Assembly (NCBI GenBank): GCA_030390025.1
Contig: JASTWF010000035.1
Location: 1,116,001-1,180,000, forward strand
DNA: 64,000 bases
From: Squalus acanthias
Taxonomy: Eukaryota
Direction: 5' to 3'
Part shown: one piece after another, positions 23,231 through 35,031 of the stretch
How positions within the stretch are numbered: the stretch's first letter is position 1
How the letters are laid out: the number at the start of each line of letters is the position of its first letter
Position numbers and translations under genes: made by a program
The notes under the pieces: generated by a model
Told to the model about the DNA's origin: nothing
Database searches by the model: none
What the model saw: the letters and a program-made list of their open reading frames with translations, nothing else

Positions 23231-24699
23231 TGTAAGGTTTCCAAAATTTACAGATCCCCAAAACCTAAGGAAAAAGGTCTTTGGAACTACCTCAGAGTGA
23301 TAAAAATGCATTTGGGCCTAACATAAGGAATTTAAGACCAAAAACCAAGTTTTGACATTTTAAAAACATGTCTGGGCCTGTAAAGGGACAAGGAGGAGGG
23401 TTCGACCTCTGTAAAAGCAGTTTGGCTATTGCAGTTAATTACACTGCCTGGGGAACCAGGATGACCTCACTCAAGCCCCAGCAGACATTAACATTTGAAC
23501 AATAGACCCTGGGAAAAGACAGTCCCACCCAAAATACAGGCCCCATCAAAACCGATTATAGGACCCATCAGAAACATGCATAATAAAAACCACTCAGGAC
23601 CCATTCTATAGAAAGATTGAGTCCAGCCTAGAAAACAAAACACAAAACCAATCAACTGTAATCAACCAAGGAGATCGACAGGACGCAAGCCATCCCAAAA
23701 ACCATTTGACACTTACATAACAGTTACTGGTAACTAGTCCGCCAAAATCAAACAAAGAACCGAGCAGATTTGGTGTGCAGATAAGGCCATGTTCAATGGG
23801 TGAGATTGAAGGCCTGTTAAAAACCAGATTATAGTCCAGTTAACACGCTAGTAAAGTCGTTACCGTTAATGAGCCCTACAAAATCTTACAATGCACAGAT
23901 AAGGAAGCTTCAATTAGTATAATTGAAAGGCTGTTTTCTCAAGAAGTCAGTTCAGCAGTTACAACAGTTCAAGTTCGAGTTCTCCAGTAGAGTTACATGG
24001 CAGTTCAAGGAGACAAGCAGTTACAACAAGTTCTCACAGTTACAAGTTCGAGTTCTCCAGTACAACCGTACACAGTTCAACGGAGACAAGCAGTTCAACA
24101 GTTACACAGCAGCAAGGAATTCAGCAAGCAGTCCGGCAGAAGGCAGTTCCACAGTTCTGCAAGAAGGCAGTTCCACAGCTCTGAAGAAGACAGTTCAACA
24201 AGGCGAGGGGGCAACAGAAAGAAGTTCAACAAAGAAGGCCAACAGCTCCAGAAGCAGGCCGACACGCAAGAAGAAACCAGAGCGACCGCCTCAGTGACCA
24301 ACGGACACCTCGCGGCAACAAGGGCCTTACGAAACTTTTTACTCAAAAGACTCTAAACCCCAACTCTCAACTGTCAAGGATTCGTTTGGTGAGCATTATC
24401 CCTGGTTCTCCAGAGCCCAACCTAGCTAGTGAAGTGGGATTGGGAGGGGTGAAGTATTCTTCTAATATTATTTCCCTCGCTTGTACCGAAGTGTTCCCCA
24501 CTTTTAGAGTGTTAAGAGTGTTTGTGTTGTGTTTTACTTTCTTGAATAAAGATCGAAGTTCTTTCATCAAACTCAGTTATCTGCTGCACCTTTTATCACA
24601 ACCCCCAAATAAGTCCAAGGTCTGGAACCAAGGGATTGGGAGCGATTCGAACCACTCAGAAGTCAGAGGTGAAGCTGACACAAACCACCACCCCCTACA
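23231..24699 (+). mobile_element. Solo LTR (~1.47 kb)
   Basis: TGTA...TACA termini; 4-bp TSD ccac; TATA-like tataa near 23918; aataaa at 24545; no internal domain. Confidence 0.75.
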
Positions 24700-24703
24700 C
24701 CAC

Positions 24704-25030
24704 TGTCAGTGAGTCTTCACACCTCCCCTTTTTCTCCTCCCTGTGGGACCCTCTCCCAGTGTCAGTGAATCTTCACCCCCCCGCCCCCCTCTTCTCCTCC
24801 CTGTGGGACCCTCTCCCAGTGTCAGTGAGTCTTCACACTCCCCTCCCTTTTTCGCCTCCTGTGGGTCTCTCTCCCAGTGTCAGTGAATCTTCACCTCCTG
24901 CACTCACCCCCTTCTCCTCCCTGTGGGTCTCTCTCCCAGTGTCATTGAATCTTCACCCCCCGCATCCCCCCCCTTCTCCTCCCTGTGGGACCCTCTCCCA
25001 GCGTCAGTGAATCTTCAGTCCCCGGTCTCC
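24704..25030. repeat. ~56-62 bp C-rich minisatellite (~6 copies)
   Basis: Recurring gtcagtgaatcttcac...ttctcctccctgtgggaccctctccca. Confidence 0.9.
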
Positions 25031-25179
25031 TCTCTATGAGACTCTCTCAATGTCTTTGTTACATTTCTTCCTTGCTGGTAATGCCATTTTATATATGGAA
25101 GAACTCTTGTTAATGAGTTCTCTTAGGATGTTATAAGTAGCAGGAAGTTTTATGCTGAGGTTTAATCATCTTCTTACAG

Positions 25180-25256
25180 TATCACTGTTACTATGAGGGC
25201 TCCGTCAGAAGATTTCCCGGATCCCAGGTCTCTGCGAGCACCTGCTCAGGACTCAG
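25180..25256 (+). CDS. ADAM metalloprotease exon (prodomain): YHCYYEGSVRRFPGSQVSASTCSGL
   Basis: ttacag acceptor, gtaaaa donor; 77 nt; classic HCYYxG...STCSGL ADAM prodomain motif. Confidence 0.93.
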
Positions 25257-25344
25257 GTAAAAAGGCTGACAATTTTCTATCAGATTGTTACTCATTTTAG
25301 TGAAAGCTGGGCTTAAATATTAAAATTTTAAATCTGTAGGCTGT

Positions 25345-25930
25345 TAGTTCAGTTGGGTAAGGGTTACTCCCTGTGTAACTGTATTCGTAAGTGTTTATTA
25401 ATCAGGGTATGGGTCACTCACTGTGTAACTGTACTGGGAAGTGTTTATTAATCAGGGTATGGGTCACTCACTGTGTAACTGTACTGGGAAGTGTTTATTC
25501 AGCAGGGTAAGGGTTATTCACTGGGTAACTGTACTGGGAAGTGTTTATTCAGCAGGGTATGGGTCACTCACTGTGTAACTGTACTGGGAAGTGTTTATTC
25601 AGCAGGGTAAGGGTTACTCACTGGGTAACTGTACTGGGAATTGTTTATTCAGCAGGGTAAGGGTTACCCACTGTGTAACTGTACTGGGAAGTGTTTATTC
25701 AGCAGGGTAAGTGTTGATCACTGTGTAACTACTGGGAATTGTTTATTCAGCAGGGTAAGGGTTACTCACTGTGTAACTGTACTGGGAATTGTTTATTCAG
25801 CAGGGTGAGGGTTACTCACTGTGTACTTGTACTGGGAATTGTTTATTCTGCAGGGTAAGGGTTACTCACTGTGTAACTGCTGGGAAATTATTTATTCAGC
25901 AGGGCATGAGTTACTCAATATGTAACTACA
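25345..25930. repeat. 50-bp minisatellite (~11-12 copies)
   Basis: Unit gtgtttattcagcagggtaagggttactcactgtgtaactgtactgggaa, starting at 25391, 25441, 25491... Confidence 0.93.
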
Positions 25931-25989
25931 GACTTACTTCCTATTCAGCAGAGTTAGGGTTAACATTAAGTGTTCCCTCTCTCCTCCAG

Positions 25990-26164
25990 TGCTTTGGTTG
26001 TTCTCAGTAATCGAACTTACGTCATTGAACATATCGAGGGAGATAAACTTGGACGACATTTGATATACAGACCTGAAGATCTCAAGTCAGTGCCAAGTAG
26101 GTGTGGAGTCAGAAAAACCTCCCCTGAGTTAACCCTAACTGAGCATCTTCAGCGTTCACAGAGG
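25990..26164 (+). CDS. ADAM exon (end of prodomain, cysteine switch SRCGV): ALVVLSNRTYVIEHIEGDKLGRHLIYRPEDLKSVPSRCGVRKTSPELTLTEHLQRSQR
   Basis: ctccag acceptor, gtgagt donor; 175 nt, phase 2 to 0; overlaps ORF 25970..26188. Confidence 0.92.
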
Positions 26165-26211
26165 GTGAGTAATGAGCACAGCAGCTAACTGACTGAAAGC
26201 AATAAATGACC

Positions 26212-26992
26212 GACATAGAAATTACAACATGGAAACAGGCCATTCGGCCGACCCAGTCCGTGTCGGGATTTACCCTGCACTTGAGCAATTTGCAATTCTA
26301 CAGTCCTCTGGCACCACCCCCGTATCTAAGGAGGATTGGAAAATTATGGCCACTACCGCCGCAATTTCTACCTTTACTTCCCTCAGCATCCTCGGATGCA
26401 TCCCATCCGGTCCCGGTGACTTATCAACATTAAGTAAAGCCAGCCTTTCTAATACCTCCTCTTTATCAATTGTTATCCCATCCAAAATCTCAACTACCTC
26501 CTCTTTCACTATGACTTTGGCAGCATCTTCTTCCTTGGTAAAGACAAATGTAAAGTACTGATTTAGTACCTCAGCCATGCCCTCTGCCTCCATGCGTAGC
26601 TTTCCTTTCTGGTCCCTAATCGGCCCCACCGCTTCTCTTACTACCCGTTTACTATTTATATGCCTATAGAAGACTTTTGGATTTCTTTTTATGTTAGCTG
26701 CCAGTCTATTCTCATACTCCCTCTTTGCCCCTCCTATTTCCTTTTCCACTTCCCCTCTGAACTTTCTGTATTCAGCCTGGTTCTCACTTGTATTCTCAAC
26801 CTGACATCTGTCATACGCCTCTTTTTTCTGCTTTATCTTACTCTCTATCTCTTTCATCATCCAGGGATTTCTGGCTTTGGATGCCCTACCTTTCCCCCTC
26901 GTGGGAATGTACCTCGACTGTATCCAAACCATCTTCTCTTTAAAGGCAGCCCATTGTTCAATTGCAGTTTTGCCTGCCAATCTTTGATTCCA
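26212..26992 (-). mobile_element. CR1 fragment
   Basis: ORF 26270-26980 with KSPGPDGMHPR motif. Confidence 0.8.
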
Positions 26993-28240
26993 ATTTTTTT
27001 TTTTATTCGTTCATGGGAACGTGCAAGGCCAGTATTTATTGCCCAATCCTAATTGCCCTTGAGAAGGTGGTGGTGAGCCGCCTTCTTGAATCGCTGCAGT
27101 CCGTGCGATGAAGGTACTCCCACAGTGCTGTTAGGGAGGGAGTTCCAGGATTTTGACCCAATGACGATGAAGGAACGGCGATATATTTCCAAGTCAGGAT
27201 AGTGTGTGACTTGGAGGGGAACATGGAGATGGTGGTGTTTCCATGAGCCTGCTGCCCTTGTCCTTCTAGGTGGTAGAGGTTGCGTGTTTGGGAGGTGCTG
27301 CCGAAGGAGCCTTGGGGAGTTGCTGCAGTGCATCTTGTAGATGGTACACAGTGCAGCCACGGTACGCCGGTGGTGGAGGGACTGAATCTTTAAGGTGGTG
27401 GATGGGGTGCCAATCAAGCGGGCTGCTCTGTCCTGGATGGTGTCGAGCTTCTTGAATGTTGTTGGAGCTGCACTCATCCAGGCAAGTGGAGAGTATTCCA
27501 TCACACTCCTTATTTGTGCCTTGTAGATGGTGGAATGGCTTTGGGGAGTCAGGAGGTGAGACACTCACTGCAGAATACCTAGCCTCTGACCTGGTCTTGT
27601 TGCCACATTATTTATGTGGCTGGTCTAATTAAGTTTATGGTCAATGGTGACCCCGAGGATGTTGATGGTGGGGAATTCGGCGATGGTAATGCCGTTGAAT
27701 GTCAAGGGGCAGTGGTTAGACTCTCGCTTGTTGGAGATAGTCATTGCCTGGCTCTTGTTTGGCGTGAATGTTACCTGCCACTTTTCAGCCCAAGCCTGAA
27801 TGTCGTCCAGATCTTGTTGCATGTGGGCATGGACTGCTTTATTATTTGAGGAGTTGCGAATGGCACTGAACACTGTGCAGTCATCAGCGAGTATCCCCAT
27901 TTTTTGAGCTTATGACGGAGAGAAGGTAATTGATGAACACTGCCCCAAGGAACTCCTGCAGCATTGTCCTGGGGCCGTAATGATTGACCACCAACCACCA
28001 CAACCATCATCCTTTGTGCTAGGTATGACTACAACCAGTGGAGAGTTTTCCCCCCCGATTCTCATTGACTTCAGTTTTAAGAGGGCTCTTTGATGCCACA
28101 CTCGGTCAAATGCTGCCTTGATGTCACCTCACCTCTGGAATTCAGCTCCTTTGTCCATGTTTGGACCAAGGCTGTAATGAGGTCTGGAGCCGAGTGGTCT
28201 TGGCGGAACCCAAACTGGGCATCAGTGAGCAGGTTATTAC
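26993..28240 (-). mobile_element. 3' part of the same LINE family as 14716-17955
   Basis: Near-identical peptide (SHLLTPQSHSTIYKAQ...HHHLLKGN) and tail. Confidence 0.9.
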
Positions 28241-29104
28241 ATAAGAACATAAGAAATAAGAGCAGGAGTCGGCCACAAGGCCCCTTGAGCCTGCTCCGCC
28301 ATTCAATAAGTTCATGGCTGATCATCGACATCAACTCCACTTTCCTGCCCGATCTCCATATCACTTGATTCCCCATGAGTCCAAAGATCTATCTATCTCA
28401 GCCTTGAATATACTCAAAGACTCAGCATTCACAGCCCTCTGGGACAGAGAATTCCAAAGATTCACAACCCACTGAGTGAAGAAATTCCTCCTCATCTCAG
28501 TCTTAAATGGCCGACCCCTTATCCTGAGACTATGCCCCCTAGTTCTAGACACTCCAGCCAGGGGAAACAACCTCTCAGCTTCTACCCTGTCAATCCCCTT
28601 CAGAATCTTGCATGTTTCAATGAGATCACCTCTCATTCTTCTAAACTCCAGAGAATATAGGCCCATTCTACACAACCTCTCATCATAGGACAGCCCTCTC
28701 ATCCCAGGAATCAATCTAGTGAACCTTCGTTGCACCGCCTCCAAGGCAAGTATATTCTTCCTTAGATAAGGAGACCAAAACTGTGCACAGTACTCCAGGT
28801 GTGGTCTCACCAAGGCCCTGTGCAATTGTAGCAAGACTTCCTTACTCTTATACTCCAACCCCCTTGCAATAAAGGCCAACATGCCATTTGCCTTCCTTAT
28901 TGCTTGCTGTACCTGCATGCTAGCTTTCTGTGTTTCTTGCACGAGGACACCCAAATCTCTCTGAACACCAACATTTGAAAGTTTCTCACCATTTGAAAAA
29001 TATTCTGTTTATTCTTCATAACCTCACATTTCCATACATTATACTGCATCTGCCACCTTACTGCCCACTCACTTAGTCTATCTATATCCCTTTTCAGACT
29101 CTTT

Positions 29105-29932
29105 GGGCTGGATTTTGTCAATGGGGACGTGATGGAGGCGGGACTCCCACTTTTTGGGTTGTAGTCCTGCCTCCATCGACTTGTGGCCAACCCACTGTAT
29201 TTTCCCTTGATTGACCTTGTTAAGCCCGCCCAGCGGGCTTAGCAGGCCAATCAAGGGTCCCTTGGATACAGGTGACGTCAGCCATTGAAATTTCATCTGT
29301 CAAGAGCTTTTGACAGATGAAATTTCAGCGTTTGACAGCTCTGTGAAGCTGTCAAACACTGACAATATGATTTCTAACGTGAGTCCCTGTACTTAGACTC
29401 AGTTAGAAATCAATCCAGCACAGAAAGCAGAGACTGCAGCTTTTGACAGCTCCGCGGCCATTCTGCTTTCTGTGCCGTGGATGTGAGGGACTCCCGACAC
29501 CTTAGCCTGCAGGACAAAGTTAAGGTAAGTAAATGTTCTTAAAACACTTTACACACACCAAGCACACTTACCTCTGCACTCATGCACCCATCACTCACCT
29601 GCACATCTCGACCCCTCCAAGCCCTCCCGACCGACGGTCCGCCTCGCTAAATCAGCGTGGTTCGGACCTGTCGGGAAGCCCACACTTCAGGGCTAAAAAT
29701 AGGGATTAGGCAAAAAACTGCCTGGTAACTACCTGTTAACAGGCAGTTTATTGGCACTAATCCCCTTCCCGCCTCGGGGAGGCAGCTCCCAGCACATGTC
29801 GGGTACCCGCCTCCTGGGAAACTGGCATGGAGGCTGGTTGGGAGCGGGATGGGTTCGGGACCCCCGAATCTGCTATTTTCACACCACTCCCGCCTCCAAA
29901 CCCGCCTCTACGGGCCGGTGAAAATTGAGCCC
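29105..29932. mobile_element. Harbinger-type MITE
   Basis: Termini gggctggatttt / aaaattgagccc; TSD ttt; CR1 host rejoins. Confidence 0.85.
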
Positions 29933-30160
29933 TTTGTGTTCTCCTCACAGCTTACTGTCCCACCTAGCTTTGTATCATTAGCAAACATGGATACATTACA
30001 CTCTGTCCCTTCATCTATGTCATTCATATAGATTGTAAATAGTTGAGGCCCCAACACTGATCTTGCGGCACCCCACTAGTTACAGCCTGCCAACCTGAAA
30101 AAGATCCGTTTATCCCTAATCTCTGTTTTCTGTCCATTAATCAATCCTCTATCCATGCTA

Positions 30161-31639
30161 GAGCTCCTCCCAGAGTCGCAATGCGGATTCCGCCCACTAA
30201 TGGGCACAATGGACATGATCTTCACAACGCGTCAATTACAAGAGAAATGCAGAGAACAGCACCAACCACTGTACATGGCCTTCTTTGACCTCGCAAAGGC
30301 CTTCGACACTGTCAACCGTGAAGGAGTATGGAGTGTCCTCCTTAAATTCGGCTGCCCTGAAAAGTTTGTCACCATCCTTCGCCTGCTTCACGATGACATG
30401 CAAGCCGTGATCCTGACCAACGGTTCCACCACAGACCCAATTCATGTAAGGACCGGGGTCAAACAAGGCTGTGTCATCGCACCAACGCTCTTCTCGATCT
30501 TCCTTGCTGCAATGCTCCATCTCACCATCAATAAGCTTCCCGCTGGAGTGGAGCTAATTTACAGAACAAACGGGAAACTGTTCAACCTCCATCGCCTCCA
30601 GTCCAGATCCAAGGTTGTCCCATTCTCTGTCGTCGAATTACAGTATGCAGACGACGCTTGCGTCTGCGCACACTCGGAGGTCGAAATCCAAACCATCGTC
30701 AACACCTTCACCGAAGCGTACGAGAGCATGGGCCTTACACTAAACATCCGTAAGACAAAGGTCCTCTACCAACCTGCCCCCGCCATACAGTACTGCCCCC
30801 CAATTACCAAAATCCACAACAAGGCCTTGGACAACGTGGACCACTTTCCATACCTCGGGAGCCTTCTGTCAACAAGGGCAGACATCGATGACAAAGTGCA
30901 ACACCGCCTTCAGTGTGCCAGTGCAGCCTTCGGTCACCTGAGGAAGAGAGTGTTTGTAGAGCAGGACCTCAAACCTGGCACTAAGCTCATGGTCTACAGA
31001 ACAGTAGTGATACCCGCCCTCCTGTATGCCTCAGAGACATGGACCATGTACAGCAGGCATCTCAAAGCACTGGAGAGGTACCACCAACGCTGCCTTCGCA
31101 AGATCCTGCAAATCCATTGACAGGATAGGCGCACCAACGTCAGTGTTCTCACTCAGGCCAACATCCCCAGCATCGAAGCTTTGACCACGCTCGATCAGCT
31201 CTGATGGACGGGTCACATTGTCCGCATGCCCGATACGAGACTCCCAAAACAAGCGCTCTACTCGGAGCTCCGACACGGCAAGAGAGCCCCAGGTGGGCAG
31301 AGGAAACGCTTCAAGGACACCCTCAAAGCCTCCTTGAAAAAGTGCAACATCCCCACCGACACCTGGGAATCCCTGGCCCAAGACCGCGCAAAGTGGAGGA
31401 GAAGCATCCGGGAAGGCACCGAACACCTCGAGTCTCTTCGCCGGGAGCAAGCGGAAGCCAAGCGCAAACAGCGCAAGGAGCGCAGGACAACCCAAGCACC
31501 CGCCCCTTCAACCACCGTCTGCCCCACCTGTGACAGAGACTGTAGGTCCCGCATTGGACTCATCAGTCACCTGAGAACTCATTTTTAGTGTGGAAGCAAG
31601 TCATCCTCGGTTCCGAGGGACTGCCTAAGAAGAAGAAGA
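30161..31639 (+). mobile_element. 5'-truncated RTE LINE
   Basis: ORFs 30155-31120 and 31226-31588; (aag)n tail; near-identical to the 8829-11890 body. Confidence 0.9.
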
Positions 31640-32065
31640 TATTACCCCCAACCCCATGAGCCCTAGTCTTGTGTAATAACCTTTTATGTGGCACCTTATC
31701 GAATGCCTTTTGGAAATCCAAATATACTACATCCAATACATAAGAACATAAGAAATAGGAGCAGGAGTAGGCCATTCGGCCCTTCGAGCCTGCTCCGCCA
31801 TTCAATAAGATCGAGGCTGATCTGATTTTGGCCTCAACCCCACTTTCCTGCCCGTTCCCCATAACCCTTGATTCCCCTGTTTTTCAAAAATCTGTCTATC
31901 TCCGCCTTGAATATATTCAATGACTCAGCCTCCACAGCTCCCTGGGGTAGAGAATTCCAAGGATTCAAGACCCTATGAGAGAACAAATTTCTCCTCATCT
32001 CCATTTTAAATGGGCGACCCCTTATTCTGAAACTATGCCCCCTAGTTCTAGATTCCCCCACGAGG

Positions 32066-33606
32066 GTGTAAGGACAATCCCAGTAACTACAGGCCAGTCA
32101 GTTTAACATCAGTGGTGGGTAAAGTTTTAGAAACTTTAATCAAGGAAAAAATTAACGGATATTTGGAGAGGTTTAAGCTAATTAAGGAGAGCCAACATGG
32201 GTTTGTAAAAGGAAGATCGTGCTTGACTTATCTAATTGAATTTTTTGATGAAGTAACAGAAGATTGATAAAGGGATTGCAATGAATGTTGTCTACATGGA
32301 TTTTCGGAAGGCGTTTGACAAAGCACCACATAGAAGGCTGGTTAATAAAATTGAGGCTCATGGAATAGGTGGGTCAGTGGCAGCTTGGATAAGGAATTGG
32401 CTTAAGGACAGAAAACAGCGAGTTGTGGTAAATGGTTGTTTTTCAGACTGGAGGATGGTGGACAGTGGTGTTCCCCAAGGGTCAGTGCTGGGGCCACTGC
32501 TTTTTTTGATATATATAAATGACCTGGATATTGGAATGCAAAGTAGAATTTCTAAATTTGCCAGTGACACCAAACTTGGGAGTGTGGCAAACAGTGATGA
32601 TGATACCAATCAACTGCAACAGGACATAGAAAGGCTAGTAGAATGGGCAGACAAGTGGCAGATGGAATTTAATACAGAGAAGTGTGAGGTGATGCATTTT
32701 GGCAGAAGGAACAGGGAGAGGCAATATACACTTAATGGCACAGTTTTAAAGAGTGTGCAGGGACAGAGGGACCTGGGAGTTAATGTGCATAGGTCCCTGA
32801 AGGTGGCAGGACATATTGAGAGGGTGGTTAACAAAGCATATGGGATCTTGGGCTTCATAAATAGAGGTATTGAGCACAAAAGTAGAGAAGTTATGCTGAA
32901 CCTTTATAAAGTGCTGATTAGGCCACAACTGGAGCATCGAGTCCAGTTCTGGTCACCACACTTTAGGAAGGATGTGAAGGCCCTTGAGAGGGTGCAGAGG
33001 AGATTTACCAGAATGGTTCCGGGGATGGGGGATCTTAGCTACAAGGACAGGCTTTAAAATCTATTCCATTTCATGCTTTTTTCCAGTTCTGACGAAAGGT
33101 CTTCGACCTGAAACGTTAACTCTGTTTCTCTCTCCACGGATGCTGCCTGGCCTGCTGAGTTTTTCCAGCATTTTCTGTTGTTATTTTGGAGAAGCTGGAT
33201 TTGTTTTCATTAGAGCAAAGGAGGTTGAGGGGTGATTTGATAGAGGTGTGTAAGATTATGACAGGTTTGGATTGGCTAGATGGGGAAATGCTGTTCCCAC
33301 TAGTTGATGGTACAAGGACTAGGGGACACAGATTTAAGGTTTTGGGCAAGAGATACAGGGGGGATGTGAGGAAAAATGTTTTTTACACAGCGAGTGGTGA
33401 TGACCTGGAATTCGCTGCCGACAGAAGTGGTGGAAAAGGACACACTCAATGTTTTCAAGGGGAGACTGGATATGCACTTGAGGGAAATAAACTTGCAGGG
33501 CTATGGGGATAGAGCGGGGGGAATAGGACTGACTGGATTGCTCTACACAGAGCCGGCACGACTCAATGGGCTGAATGGCCTCCTTCTGTGCCGTTATGAG
33601 TCTATG
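32066..33606 (+). mobile_element. 5'-truncated CR1 (atgagtct tail family)
   Basis: ORFs 32281-33057 and 33186-33512. Confidence 0.85.
33052..33186 (+). mobile_element. Penelope pLTR fragment containing a minimal hammerhead ribozyme (core ~33084-33125)
   Basis: Near-identical to 10288-10421, including ctgacgaaaggtcttcgacctgaaacgtta. Confidence 0.85.
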
Positions 33607-35031
33607 ACATCCTCCCTGCATCTACCCTGTCAAGCCCCCTCAGAATCTTATATGTTTCAATAAGATCACCACTCATTCTTCTAAACTCCAATGAGTATAG
33701 GCCCAACCTGCTCAACCTTTCCTCATAAGACAAACCCTTCAACTCAGGAATCAACCTAGTGAACCTTCTCTGAACTGCCTCCAATGCAAGTATATCCTTC
33801 CATAAATAAGGAGATCAAAACTGTACGCAGTACTCCAGGTGTGGTCTCACCAATGCCCTGTAGAGTTGTAGCAAGACTTCCCTACTTTTATACTCCATCC
33901 CCCTTGCAATAAAGGCCAGTATTCCATTTGCCTTCCTAATTACTTGCTGTACCTGCATGCTAACGTTTTGTGTTTCATGTACGAGGACACCCAGGTCCCT
34001 CTGTACCGCAGTATTCTGTAGTCTCTCTCCATTTAAATAATATTTTGCTTTTTTATTCTTCCTACCAAAGTGGTTAACCTCACATTTTCCCACATTATAC
34101 TCCTCACAACTTGCTTTCCCACCTATCTTTGTATCGTCAGCAAATTTGGCAATAGTACACTCGGTCCCTTCATCCAAGTCATTAGTATAGATTGTAAATA
34201 GTTGTGCCCCAGCACTGATCCCTCTGGCACCCCACTAGTTACAGTTTGCCAACCTGAAAATGACCCATTTATCCCGACTGTTTTCTGTTGGTTAGCTAAT
34301 CCTCTATCCAATCTAATATATTACCCCCAATACCGTGAGCTGTTATCTTGTACAGTAACCTTTTATGCGGCACCTTATCGAATGCCTTCTGGAAATCCAA
34401 ATACACTACATCTACTGGTTCCCCTTTATCCACCCTGCTCGTTATATCCTCAAAGAACTCTAGTAAATGTGTCAAACACGATTTCCCTTTCATAAAACCA
34501 TGTTGACTCTGCTTGATTGTATTATGATTTTCTAAATGTCCTGCTATTCCTTCCTTAATAATGGATTCCAGCATTTTCCCAACGACAGATGTTAGGCTGA
34601 CTAGCCTATAGTTTCCTGCTTTCTGTCTCCCTCCTTTCTTGAATAGGGGAGTTACATTTGCGGTTTTCCAATCCGCTGGGACCTCTCCAGAATGCAGGGA
34701 ATTTTGGTAGATTACAATCAACGCATCCACTATCTCTGCAGCCACTTTTTTTAAAACCCGAGGATGCAGGCCATCAGGTCCAGGGGACTTGTCAGCCTAT
34801 AGTCCCATTAGTTTGCTTTTCTCCAGTGATAGTGATTGTTTTAAGTTCCTCCCTCCCTATTACCCCTTGATTATCAATTATTATTGGGATGCTTTTAGTG
34901 TCTTCTACCGTGAAGACCGATACAAAATATTTGTTCAAAGTCTCTGCCAATTCCATGTTTCCCATTATTAATTCCCCAGTCTCAACCTCCAAGGGACCAA
35001 TGTTTACTTTAGCTACTCTCTTCCTGTTTAT

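Larger units (their letters stand above)
28240..31736 (-). mobile_element. Degenerate CR1 3' part, interrupted by a MITE and an RTE
   Basis: ORF 28361-28954 and collinear RT pieces; ttcttatg tail. Confidence 0.8.

Noticed and set aside
23923..24356. Overlapping Gln/Ser-rich ORFs
   Set aside because: They lie in a T-poor repetitive part of the solo LTR and show no protein motif.
25345..25930. CRISPR-like regular repeat
   Set aside because: Contiguous tandem units with no unique spacers and no cas genes, in a eukaryotic intron.
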